DNA of 63,111 bases, the filler included, from Anaerolineae bacterium (GTDB taxonomy: Bacteria; Chloroflexota; Anaerolineae; Epilineales; Epilineaceae): assembly GCA_029262755.1 (NCBI GenBank). It is 7 parts of 7 records of this genome, joined end to end, with 100 filler letters (N's around TTAATTAATTAA, not from the genome) between each part and the next. Parts side by side here need not be neighbours in the genome. Positions count along the whole stretch, not along the records: positions 13,716 to 27,257 come from JAJCYU010000056.1; positions 27,358 to 36,978 come from JAJCYU010000057.1; 5 more parts are not named here. One strand, written 5' to 3'. A program made the position numbers and the translations under genes. The notes under the pieces were generated by a model. The model worked only from the letters and a program-made list of their open reading frames with translations. It did no database searches and was not told the origin of the DNA. Positions 18,933 to 27,841 of this stretch are shown piece after piece. Positions within the stretch are counted from its first letter, which is position 1, and each line of letters begins with the position of its first letter.

Positions 18933-20582
18933 ATGAGCGAGCAGGGCGATACGATTCCGACGCAAGCGCCCGTGCCATCGGCTCCGTCCGTGTCGCCGAT
19001 TGCGCGCTTGTTCGGTGCCGCGTCCGTGCTTGCGCTGGGCAATATTGCCAGCCGCGTGCTCGGCTTCGCTCGGATGCGCACGATCACGTCGCTGTACGGA
19101 CTGGGACTCGACACCGACGCGTTCTTCGCGGCAAGCAAGGTGCCCACCGCGCTCTACAATTTACTGATCGGTGGCCAGTTGAGCGCAGCGCTGGTGCCGG
19201 TGCTCTCCGAGTACGCGGCCGAGGAGGAACGGCGGGAAGATCTGTGGCGCGCGGCCAGCGTTCTCGCCACGGCAGCGGCTGCAATCCTCAGCGTGGTGGC
19301 AATTGTCGTCTATGCATCGGCGCCGATGCTGGCCGCGTGGCTCACGCCCGCCTATGGCCCGGAAGGTGTCGAGATCGTCGCCCGCAGCCTGCGCTGGATG
19401 GCGCCGGCAATCATCGTGTTCGGGCTTGCGGGTGTCGTCACCGGGCTATTGCTTGCGCTGCAGCGCTTTCGGTTCCCCGCCGGCGCAGGGGCGGCGTACA
19501 ACGCGGCGATGATCGCTGCCATCCTCTTCTTTCACGACTCGCTCGGCGTGTACGCACTCCCCATCGGGGTCCTGGTGGGCTCCATTGGGCAGCTGCTCTT
19601 CCTCTTGCCCGGACTACGCGGCGCGAGCTTGCGTCCGCGTTTAGACCTCCATCATCCGGCGCTGCGTCGCGTGCTGCTGCTCTATGCACCCATTGCCGCG
19701 GGCCTGGTGATCACCGACGTTGTTCTGCCTACGGCCGACGTGCGGCTCGCTGCGGAGGCAGGACCGGCCACGCGAGGCATCCTCGACGTCGCGACGCAGC
19801 TCACGCAGTTTCCGCACGGCTTGATCGCCGTCGCGATATCGGTGGCCATCCTGCCCGCACTTGCCGGATCTCACGCTCGCGGCGAAGACCGAGTGTTCGC
19901 TCGGACCCTATCGCGCGGCGCCCGGGCCGTGCTGGGCCTAAGTATCCCGGCGGCGATCGGAATGACGGTCTTGGCCGAGCCTCTTGTCGGCGCTGTGTTT
20001 CAGTCCGGCGCCTTCGGGGCGGCGGATCGTGCCGCCGTCTCCTTCGCCCTCAGCGCTTACCTAATCGGACTCCCCTTCGCGGCCATCGATTGGCCCCTCA
20101 ACTACGCGTTCTATGCGCGGCAGAATACATGGATCCCAGCGTTGGTCGGCGTCGGCTCCGTCGTTGTTTGGTTTGCCGTGGCAACCGCGTTAGGGCCGCA
20201 AGGTTGGGCTTATCCGCTGCCTTCAAACCGCGGCTATCTGTCCCTCGCGCTGGCGGACGCCGCGAAACACATTGCGCACGCGCTCACCATGCTGTGGCTT
20301 GTCCGCTCGCAGCTCGGAGCGAAGGCCCTTGAGGGCGTGGCGCGAACGGCCGGCTCTGCGCTCATCGCAGCCTTGATCATGGCACTCGTCGTTGCCGGTA
20401 TGGACAGCGTGCTCGTAAACCACGTACCCGATGGGACCCTCGGTTTCGCATTGCGCGCCGGCATCGGCGGACTGGTCGGCGTCGCTGTCTACCTCCCCTT
20501 GGCCTCACGCCTGGGGGTCGCAGAGGTGGGCTGGGTCACGGGCCTCGTGGCGGATCGAATGCGCGGTTCTTCACGCGGCTAG
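18933..20582 (+). CDS. murJ: Lipid II flippase MurJ (MviN)
   Basis: SRVLGFAR, DAF.AA.KVP, GGQLSAALVPV, QFPHGLIAVAISVAILP, AFYARQNT..P; polytopic membrane protein. Confidence 0.9.
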   Translation: MSEQGDTIPTQAPVPSAPSVSPIARLFGAASVLALGNIASRVLGFARMRTITSLYGLGLDTDAFFAASKVPTALYNLLIGGQLSAALVPVLSEYAAEEERREDLWRAASVLATAAAAILSVVAIVVYASAPMLAAWLTPAYGPEGVEIVARSLRWMAPAIIVFGLAGVVTGLLLALQRFRFPAGAGAAYNAAMIAAILFFHDSLGVYALPIGVLVGSIGQLLFLLPGLRGASLRPRLDLHHPALRRVLLLYAPIAAGLVITDVVLPTADVRLAAEAGPATRGILDVATQLTQFPHGLIAVAISVAILPALAGSHARGEDRVFARTLSRGARAVLGLSIPAAIGMTVLAEPLVGAVFQSGAFGAADRAAVSFALSAYLIGLPFAAIDWPLNYAFYARQNTWIPALVGVGSVVVWFAVATALGPQGWAYPLPSNRGYLSLALADAAKHIAHALTMLWLVRSQLGAKALEGVARTAGSALIAALIMALVVAGMDSVLVNHVPDGTLGFALRAGIGGLVGVAVYLPLASRLGVAEVGWVTGLVADRMRGSSRG

Positions 20583-20597
20583 AAGGGGCCGGCGAAC

Positions 20598-20627
20598 TTG
20601 CCTTTTGCGGGATGTCCCGCCTATACT
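20598..20627 (+). promoter_or_regulatory. Putative sigma70-type promoter
   Basis: TTGCCT-N18-TATACT upstream of the AGGAGG RBS and ATG 20651. Confidence 0.4.
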
Positions 20628-20650
20628 CGGCCGCCGCTGAAGGAGGCATC

Positions 20651-20959
20651 ATGGCCCGTAATACGACGCGACGCCGTCGACCCCGACGCCGTCCGAACGC
20701 ACCCCAGCCCCAAGCTCTCAAACCAGGTTCGCAGGCCGCACGTCCGGCTGCGCGTGCACCGCGTGCGCCGAAGGGCGCAAGCCCGGTGGCCGTCGCTCCC
20801 GCGCTGGCCGATGACAAGCTCGGTGAGACCTATCACCACGTAGCCATCGATCTGCGCCGAATTCTCGTGCTTGGCGTATTGATGTTCGCCTTGATCGCAG
20901 GCGCGAAGGTGCTCGCCGATATCTACGGCGCGAGTTTCATGTTGGATTTGGTTCGCTAG
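20651..20959 (+). CDS. Small hypothetical membrane protein
   Basis: AGGAGG RBS, basic N-terminus, Y..V..DLRRI followed by one hydrophobic helix. Confidence 0.65.
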   Translation: MARNTTRRRRPRRRPNAPQPQALKPGSQAARPAARAPRAPKGASPVAVAPALADDKLGETYHHVAIDLRRILVLGVLMFALIAGAKVLADIYGASFMLDLVR

Positions 20960-21112
20960 GGCTCGGCCACAACCAACAGAACCGAATCACGGGTGCCGGA
21001 GCGTAAGGGCGCGTCCTATGCAGCGGAGCCTGGCTTGTTTCGGTTTGCGCCTGGAAGTTCCCGTGGACGTGACGTGGTCGTTCAGCGTTCGCACTGCCGT
21101 ACGTAGTGTCCC

Positions 21113-21868
21113 TCACACAATCGTCGGCTCGATCTCCCGTGGAGCGACCGCTTGAGGCGGGAGCTCTTGCGCGTCTAGAGGCCAGGTCGAGCGAGTGCTG
21201 GCAGTGCAGATCCCTGCCGAACGCAATGCCCATTGGCTGATCCACGCCACGATGCTGCTGCCGCACAACGCGAACACCACCATGCTCAGCAGCATCAAGG
21301 CCGCGCCGTGCGCCGTGGCCCGATCGCCCGTGGCCCACGCGGCGCGCGTGGCGGGCCGCGACGCGGCCTCCAGCGCGAGCAACGCAACCGCCAAGCCAAG
21401 GCCAAGCCCGAGGCTCGCCCGCGACACGCCTTCGCCCAGAGCCGGCAATCCCGCCGAGAGGGCCGCGGCGCGGGCAAACGCCCAATGGGCCTCCGTCTGC
21501 ATCGCTTCCCACCCGTTGGCGCCGGCACGCATCAGATCCAGCGTCGGGCGCTTCATGCCGCGTCGAAGGGGGGGGGGCCAACCGGGGCTCGCGAACCGTA
21601 GTACGACGTATGCGATGAGGGTCGCGCACAGTGCCGCCAGCGAGCCTGCAAGCAGCGGGGCGGGTGGACGCAAGCCCATCGAGCCGGGCGCAGGGATGCG
21701 CAGAGCGACGGCAGCGATGGGAACACCAAGGAGCCATGTTGCACGCAGCCAGGGCAGCCCCGGTTCCAGGCTGCGTCGAGCGGCGGGAGACCACGGGATG
21801 TTGACGGCGGCGCCATACACGAAGAGGGAAGCAGCGAACCAGAGCAAGGGCTGGTATGCCAGGGTCAT
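21113..21868 (-). CDS. Hypothetical polytopic membrane protein
   Basis: Several hydrophobic segments and an EAHWAFAR motif. ATG overlaps the upstream stop (ATGA). Confidence 0.65.
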   Translation of the reverse strand: MTLAYQPLLWFAASLFVYGAAVNIPWSPAARRSLEPGLPWLRATWLLGVPIAAVALRIPAPGSMGLRPPAPLLAGSLAALCATLIAYVVLRFASPGWPPPLRRGMKRPTLDLMRAGANGWEAMQTEAHWAFARAAALSAGLPALGEGVSRASLGLGLGLAVALLALEAASRPATRAAWATGDRATAHGAALMLLSMVVFALCGSSIVAWISQWALRSAGICTASTRSTWPLDAQELPPQAVAPREIEPTIV

Positions 21869-24264
21869 GGGGCTTGCGCCGGTGTCGCGCTCGGGGTCGG
21901 CCGTGCGCGCGGAGATGATCCCGCCGCGGGACTTGGCGGCGGGCCAAGCGTGGGATCTCCACGCGGCGTCGGAGTAGCCGAAGCCCGCTCGGTCGGGGCT
22001 TGCGGCTCGACTTCGCGCACCAATGCAAATGCGACCCAGCCTTCGGCGCCTGTGTTCAGCATTCTGACGCGCAGCCACAAGCCGTCCGGCCCGCGCTCTA
22101 AGATCTGCATCCGATCGCCCGTGCGCAGGTCGGTCAGCACGTCTGCGTCGGTGCTTGGCTCCGCACGAAGGAGACCACGCGCAGCATCAAAGACGGCGTC
22201 GTGCGCGGATGTGATGGCGGCGCCGGCCTCGACCGTGCCGGCGTCGATGCGTACCGGGGTTCGGGTAATGCGCTCATCGATCGGTGGTGGCGCGGTCTCA
22301 TAGACTTCCGGCGTCGGTATGATCTGGAAGACGATCGGTGAAGCGGTGGGAGAGGGTCGGGGCGGCGGCGCAATGCGGACGTCCATGGCCGGCCCTAAGG
22401 CCGCGAGCTCACCGTCGCCGGTCCAAAGATCAACCGCCAGCTGGAACGACCCGCTCTGCGGCGGAGCGCGAAACGAAAACGTACCCTCATCCAAGGGCTG
22501 CACGGCCTCCTGAATCGTACGACCCTGATCGTCGGTCAGGCGCCATTGGAGCTGGTAACTGGAAGGAGGCGCATAGACTTCGCCATCCTCGACAAAGCGC
22601 TGAACGAGACGCCATACGAAGGGATCCAAGCCGGATGCCACGCCGTCCAACGCTAACCGGCCTAGCTGGAAACGGCGCGCGATCTCGAATGCCGGCGCAA
22701 GGCCCTGGGCGTCGTTGAGCCACACGGTGTGCTGACGACGGTTGCCGTCCCACCAGTAGAATCGCCACATCCCCGTATCGGCATCGCGCCCAAGTTCGGC
22801 CGCCAGGATCGTGGGCAAGGCGATGTCCGTTTCTGAGCCGGGACTGATGCGGCTTGGCGCGTCGGAACGCGCCATATCCAATACACGAGTGAGAGCCTCG
22901 TGGTACCCGATGGCCGTCGCTTGGCCATCCACGACGTCGATACCATGCACGGGGACGCCCAGCTGCAAGCGCCTACGCTCGACGCGGCCGAGAGCCCACC
23001 GTACCATCGCATCCAGCGCATCGATGCGCACCGGATGGTCGGCCGGCAGGCGCATACGCACGCCGACCTCGCTTGCGCCAAGCGCCTGCCAGCGGACCGC
23101 TCCGCCGTCCCATCCGTCGTCGACGCGGATCGGAGGCGGTACCACGACCACGAGTCCGACACCCTGGGCCTCGAGATCGCCGCCGAGCAGATCGGCGAGA
23201 TCAGCGAACGCCGCTTGCAGTTCGTCGGGTACGCCGTACAGGTCGAGGACGATACCCGCCAGACCATCTTGGGCGGCCGTAGAGACCACAGCTTGTCGGA
23301 ACGCGCGCCGGTGTCCGGGATCGATGAGCAGATTCGTCACGAGGTCGTCCCGAATCCGGCCGGACTCTCGATTGTCGACCACACCCCAGATCGATGCCTT
23401 TCGCGGCGCCGGCGGAAACGGCCGCCGCAAGAGGTTGCCTTCGCCGTCGGCCAGCCCGAAGACCCGTACTTCGAGAATCGGCAGCTCCGCGGCGGCGGCA
23501 GGGAGGCTGGCGGGCGGCGGTTCGAGCACGGCTGCGACCTCGCTCCTGCCACCGGTCGCCCGCGTGAAGACCACGAGTTCCGGCACCCATTCTTCCAGCG
23601 GCAACAGCACACGTGCTCGGGCAGGCCCCGTGAAGCTCGGCGCCAACCATCGCCATCGCGTACCGTCCCAGCCGAATGGATCGATCAGCGGGTGATCTTC
23701 TTCGCGTGCGGGCAATGCAGCACGCAACATGGCCCGCTCGGGTACCGGACCACGAATATCGAGCACGTAGGCGGCCCCAAGCCGCTCGGAGCCACGCGGC
23801 AGGGCATCTACGCCCAACGGGAGACGATCCCGAGCACGGAGCTTGATGCGGGTGCTGCGAAGCACGGCGGAGCGGGGAATTTCGAGGGACCCGGCCGCCG
23901 AATCGCCATCCGCCGGCACGATGACCGTCTCACCCGTTGGGTTGACCCGGCGATAGCCCGGTGTCGCCAGGCGATCGAGCAAGGAAATGGGCGGCATGAG
24001 CAAGCCGGCGATGAGCAGCACGGCGAGGGCGATCCACGCGGCCGGTTGCCAGCGCGATGGGTGGGTACGCAAGGCTGCGCCGATCCGCGTTGCTAACGTA
24101 GGACGCCCTTCGCCGGCGCCTTTCCCCTCCGGATCGAAGGGGTCGTTGGTGTCGGCGCCGGCCGCGAGTCGCGCACCGTCCGCACGCTCGGACGCGGAAG
24201 CGATCACGCTCGTCGGGGCGGGCGTAGCGTCCTCTTGGGGGATAGTGCTTTCGATTTCGCTCAC
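21865..24264 (-). CDS. Membrane-anchored GH18-like TIM-barrel protein with C-terminal SH3b-like domain
   Basis: N-terminal TM helix; DGLAGIVLD, LQLGVP, HTVWLND..L blocks of GH18 type; LRAEPST...GDRMQIL...WLRV...EGWV (SH3b-like). Confidence 0.6.
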   Translation of the reverse strand: MSEIESTIPQEDATPAPTSVIASASERADGARLAAGADTNDPFDPEGKGAGEGRPTLATRIGAALRTHPSRWQPAAWIALAVLLIAGLLMPPISLLDRLATPGYRRVNPTGETVIVPADGDSAAGSLEIPRSAVLRSTRIKLRARDRLPLGVDALPRGSERLGAAYVLDIRGPVPERAMLRAALPAREEDHPLIDPFGWDGTRWRWLAPSFTGPARARVLLPLEEWVPELVVFTRATGGRSEVAAVLEPPPASLPAAAAELPILEVRVFGLADGEGNLLRRPFPPAPRKASIWGVVDNRESGRIRDDLVTNLLIDPGHRRAFRQAVVSTAAQDGLAGIVLDLYGVPDELQAAFADLADLLGGDLEAQGVGLVVVVPPPIRVDDGWDGGAVRWQALGASEVGVRMRLPADHPVRIDALDAMVRWALGRVERRRLQLGVPVHGIDVVDGQATAIGYHEALTRVLDMARSDAPSRISPGSETDIALPTILAAELGRDADTGMWRFYWWDGNRRQHTVWLNDAQGLAPAFEIARRFQLGRLALDGVASGLDPFVWRLVQRFVEDGEVYAPPSSYQLQWRLTDDQGRTIQEAVQPLDEGTFSFRAPPQSGSFQLAVDLWTGDGELAALGPAMDVRIAPPPRPSPTASPIVFQIIPTPEVYETAPPPIDERITRTPVRIDAGTVEAGAAITSAHDAVFDAARGLLRAEPSTDADVLTDLRTGDRMQILERGPDGLWLRVRMLNTGAEGWVAFALVREVEPQAPTERASATPTPRGDPTLGPPPSPAAGSSPRARPTPSATPAQAP

Positions 24265-25505
24265 TGTTCGTCCCTTGCCAGGATGCGGCCATACACGTCC
24301 CGCAGTATCTCGCCGGCGAGGGAGGCCTTGTCCATCGAAGGCAGCATATGCGCTCCATCGGCGTCTACGAACAGCGCCGAGACCAAACCATCGCCGAAGC
24401 TAGCCGGCACGGCATTCGCGACCACCATGTCGAGGCTCTTTCGCTCAAGCTTGCCGCGTGCTGCGGACTCGAGATCACCCGTCTCCGCAGCGAAGCCCAC
24501 CCGCACCAGCCGAGCATCCTTTGGCAACGCGGCATCGATGCTCAGGAGCACGTCGTCCGTCCGTTCCAGTACTAGCGAGAATGACGTGTCTGCCTTCTTG
24601 ATCTTCGTAGGTGCCGGGGCGGCAGGACGGTAGTCGGCCACGGCAGCGGCCATGATCAACGCATCGGTCCCCTGCTCCAGCACGGCCTGGACCACGGACT
24701 CCTTCATCTGGCGCGCCGTGATCACGGGACGCAGGTCCACGCCGTGCGGTGCGGCCACGGCAGAGGGACCCAGCACGAGCACGACCTCCGCACCGAGATC
24801 GCGCGCTTTCGTTGCGAGCGCGACGCCGACCCGTCCGGAGGAATGGTTGCTCAGAAAGCGCACGGGATCCAGGGCCTCTTGGGTAGGCCCTGCGCTGATC
24901 ACGATTCGTTTGCCTGCGAGGGGACCGCTTCTTCCCAGTTCCGCGCGAAGTCGGTTGACGATCTCATCCGGCGGCGCCATGCGGCCCCGACCCACTTTGC
25001 CGGAAGCAAGACGTCCTTCGGCTGGGCCGATCACCGTTGCACCCCGGCGCAGGAGCGTCGCGACATTCTCCTGCGTGGCCGGGTGGGACCACATCAGCGG
25101 TTCCATGGCGGGTGCGAGCAGGAGGGGCGCCCGGCATGCAAGGGCCGTTGTGGCGAGCGCGTCATCCGCACGGCCTAGTGCGAGTCGCGCGAGCGTGTCG
25201 GCTGTGGCGGGGGCAACCAGCAATGCATCGGCATCACGTGCAAGCGCGATGTGGTCCATGGCCATGCCCGCCGTAGGCGACCACAGATCATGGGTGACGG
25301 GGCGATGGGTCAAGGCTTGAAGCGCCAGCGGGCGAATGAGCTCGCCGGCCGCGCGTGTCAGCAGCCCGTCTACAAGCGCACCGGACTGAACCAAGGCACT
25401 CGCGACGCCAAGACCCTTGTAGGCCGCAATCGAACCCGTGATTCCTAGTACGATCCGCCGTCCACGAAGCACGTCGTCGAGGAAGGGATCCGCCTTTACG
25501 CTCAT
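24261..25505 (-). CDS. coaBC: Bifunctional PPC decarboxylase / PPC synthetase
   Basis: GITGSIAAYK, HIALA, APATAD, AGPTQE.LDPVRFLSNHSSG, AAAVADY, VGFAAET. Confidence 0.95.
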   Translation of the reverse strand: MSVKADPFLDDVLRGRRIVLGITGSIAAYKGLGVASALVQSGALVDGLLTRAAGELIRPLALQALTHRPVTHDLWSPTAGMAMDHIALARDADALLVAPATADTLARLALGRADDALATTALACRAPLLLAPAMEPLMWSHPATQENVATLLRRGATVIGPAEGRLASGKVGRGRMAPPDEIVNRLRAELGRSGPLAGKRIVISAGPTQEALDPVRFLSNHSSGRVGVALATKARDLGAEVVLVLGPSAVAAPHGVDLRPVITARQMKESVVQAVLEQGTDALIMAAAVADYRPAAPAPTKIKKADTSFSLVLERTDDVLLSIDAALPKDARLVRVGFAAETGDLESAARGKLERKSLDMVVANAVPASFGDGLVSALFVDADGAHMLPSMDKASLAGEILRDVYGRILARDEQ

Positions 25506-26341
25506 GCAGCGCGTCGTTTTGGATCCGGATCTCGATCCAACTCGTAGATTTTTCGCAAGCCTTCCACGAGCAGGTCGGGCACAACATGGTCGATCCGCGG
25601 TACGAGCGGCGCGATGACGCGCGACCATCCACCGGTCGCTACCACCGGCACGGCTGACTGTGCCGATGCCGGGCTGCTGTTCGAACCGCGGTGCAGCGCT
25701 TGTAACTCCCGTTCCATCCGGCCCACCATCCCCTGGACGAGTCCTGCATGACCGTGCAAAACGCCGAGGCGGATCGCCTCTTCCGTACCCCGACCGAGCA
25801 GGCGGTCACCGGGCCCGGAGACTAGATCGACCTCATGGAGGCGTGCGCCGGAACGAACGAGGGCCTCCGCCATGACCGCGACACCGGGCGCGATTGCGCC
25901 GCCGACAAATGTTCCGGCAGCGTTCACCACGTTGAACGTGGTTGCGGTGCCTAAATCGACCACGATCACAGGGGCGCCGAAGCGCGCCACCGCGCCGACG
26001 GCATCCGCAACTCGGTCGGGGCCCAAGGACGACGGTGGTTCGTAGCGGACAGGAAGGCCGGTGGTCGTGCCGGGACGGACGACGAGGGGCGGGCTACCCG
26101 AGATTCGACGCGCGACCACATCAAACACGTTGGTCAGGCGCGGCACTACGCTGCTGATCACAGCGCCGTCAATCTCGGCGGAATCGTGGCCGGCCGCGTC
26201 CAGCAGGCCCCGGACGAGCACCCCATATTCGTCCGCTGTGCGACGGGCGTCGGTCGGCAACCGCCAGCCATCTACGCGTCGCTCGCCATCGAACAATACG
26301 ATGCTCACCTGGCTGTTGCCGATATCGACCGTCAAGAGCAT
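25502..26341 (-). CDS. coaX: Type III pantothenate kinase
   Basis: LTVDIGNS, SSVVP, LGPDR, VDLGTATT, GGAIAPG, VATGG. Confidence 0.95.
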   Translation of the reverse strand: MLLTVDIGNSQVSIVLFDGERRVDGWRLPTDARRTADEYGVLVRGLLDAAGHDSAEIDGAVISSVVPRLTNVFDVVARRISGSPPLVVRPGTTTGLPVRYEPPSSLGPDRVADAVGAVARFGAPVIVVDLGTATTFNVVNAAGTFVGGAIAPGVAVMAEALVRSGARLHEVDLVSGPGDRLLGRGTEEAIRLGVLHGHAGLVQGMVGRMERELQALHRGSNSSPASAQSAVPVVATGGWSRVIAPLVPRIDHVVPDLLVEGLRKIYELDRDPDPKRRAA

Positions 26342-26503
26342 GTCGGGTTCCCGAGGAGGAGGTGGGCAATCGCCGCGCTAAATCGCGTAGCGGATGATAG
26401 TGGCCACGACGAACCATCGCCAGCACGTTGACCTCGTCAACATGAGCAGGAATGGCGCATCGTGCGCACGTAGTGTCAGGACCATAAGCCCTACCAGTAC
26501 GCT

Positions 26504-27028
26504 CTACGCACGGTGACCGGAGTGCTGGTAGGGGCGTAGATACTTGCCCCAGACGTCCTCGGCCCCGGAGCCATCGATCCACGCCAACGCGACATAACGT
26601 GGTTCGCGCGGTGCGCGCGCCAACCGCATTCCGGCTTCCGCCGGCGATCGATTGCCTTTTCGCCGGTTGCACGGGCCGCAGCAGGCAACCAGATTGTCCC
26701 ACGTGCGTTTGCCCCCCTGGGAACGGGGCAGGACATGGTCGAGCGTAAGGGTGCTTCGCCCAGGGCGCGTCGCACAGTACTGGCATGTCTGATGGTCTCG
26801 GGCCAGGACACCCCGTCGCGTCAATGGCATCTGCAATCCGTAGGGCACCCGAACGTAGGTCACGAGCCGAATCACGAGCGGTCGGGGGACGCTGATATGC
26901 TCCGAACGCAGTCGTGCTTCCGCAGCCTCCACGAGCTGCGCTTTTTCGAGCAGCAAAAGGACGACGGCTCTGCGGACGGAGACCACGTTGAGCGGTTCAT
27001 ACGAAGCGTTCAGCACGAGGACGGCCAT
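26504..27028 (-). CDS. HNH endonuclease (McrA-like)
   Basis: VLVLNASYEPL, RD..TCQYC, TLDHVLPRSQGG..TWDNLVACC.PCNRRKG. The true start is ATG 27028; the ORF-track extension crosses the tRNA. Confidence 0.92.
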   Translation of the reverse strand: MAVLVLNASYEPLNVVSVRRAVVLLLLEKAQLVEAAEARLRSEHISVPRPLVIRLVTYVRVPYGLQMPLTRRGVLARDHQTCQYCATRPGRSTLTLDHVLPRSQGGKRTWDNLVACCGPCNRRKGNRSPAEAGMRLARAPREPRYVALAWIDGSGAEDVWGKYLRPYQHSGHRA

Positions 27029-27120
27029 CGGCGTTCCCTTGGTGTAATTCGGGCTTGTGTTCAGCGCAGAACTACGCCGCGAAGCATAGCCCTCGCACCA
27101 AGCCATGCCAAAGGATCGGG

Positions 27121-27153
27121 AACAAGAAAAACGGCGCACCGCAAGGGTGCGCC
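27121..27153 (-). terminator. Intrinsic terminator after tRNA-Leu
   Basis: GGCGCACC/GGTGCGCC stem followed by GTTTTTCTTGTT on the minus strand. Confidence 0.7.
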
Positions 27154-27175
27154 ATCGATACTGCAAGGCCCAGAA

Positions 27176-27257
27176 TGCCGAGGGTGGGACTCGAACCCAC
27201 ACGGGTTTAACCCCACGCGAGTTTGAGTCGCGCGCGTCTGCCAGTTCCGCCACCTCG
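27176..27257 (-). tRNA. tRNA-Leu(CAA), first ~2 nt lost at contig end
   Basis: Minus strand reads CGAGGTGGCGGAACTGGCAGACGCG-CGCGA-CTCAAAC-TCGCG, a long variable arm, then GTGGGTTCGAGTCCCAC-CCTCGGCA. CCA is not encoded. Confidence 0.95.
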
Positions 27258-27357
27258 NNNNNNNNNNNNNNNNNNNNNNNNNNNNNNNNNNNNNNNNNNN
27301 NTTAATTAATTAANNNNNNNNNNNNNNNNNNNNNNNNNNNNNNNNNNNNNNNNNNNN
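27258..27357. other. Artificial contig linker
   Basis: N44-TTAATTAATTAA-N44. Confidence 0.98.
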
Positions 27358-27647
27358 CGACGGGGCGATGTGGTTGGGGGGAGGCAACGGCCGTGGCCCT
27401 TGCGTCGTCATGCTGCGTTGCGCACGCTTCCGGATGCTCGACGGGGCGTTGCCCCGCCTCCGCGTCCGAAAGCGTGGGCGCCTTGCCTGACGACGCCAGG
27501 GCCACGGGGTCTTCTTGGGTGATTGGGGAAGCCGACAACTTGATAACTTCGAACGGGGATGTTCACCGGAATCTTTGATGCCTCCTGGTCCTGCGTGTCG
27601 TCCGCGGTGCTTGGCTCGTCTCGGGTAGTGGGCGAAGCTTGATCCGG

Positions 27648-27674
27648 CTTAAGGTTACGGTAACCTTAAGGTTA
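27648..27674. promoter_or_regulatory. AT-rich nested palindrome, candidate operator
   Basis: CTTAAGGTTAC-G-GTAACCTTAAG (perfect 11-bp inverted repeat) overlapping a second palindrome, TAACCTTAAGGTTA; ~170 bp upstream of the giant gene. Confidence 0.5.
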
Positions 27675-27841
27675 TCCTAACGTTAAGAAGGGCGGGCTTC
27701 CCCTAGGCTAATCAGCAGACGTCGAACCACGGGCGGGCATTCCGTCGTGGTGAGCGGCCCACCGCTCTCGTAATCGGCGTCTTGGAGGGACGAAGCACGG
27801 GCAAACCCCAACGAAGCCCGGCCGTTCGAGGAGTCGAAACG

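Noticed and set aside
27029..27253. N-terminal extension of the HNH ORF in the track
   Set aside because: It is a translation of the tRNA-Leu gene and its terminator.
26504..27257. HNH nuclease beside a tRNA as an integrated element or homing system
   Set aside because: There is no integrase, att duplication or compositional shift. This HNH type is a common chromosomal gene, and housekeeping coaX-coaBC follow it.
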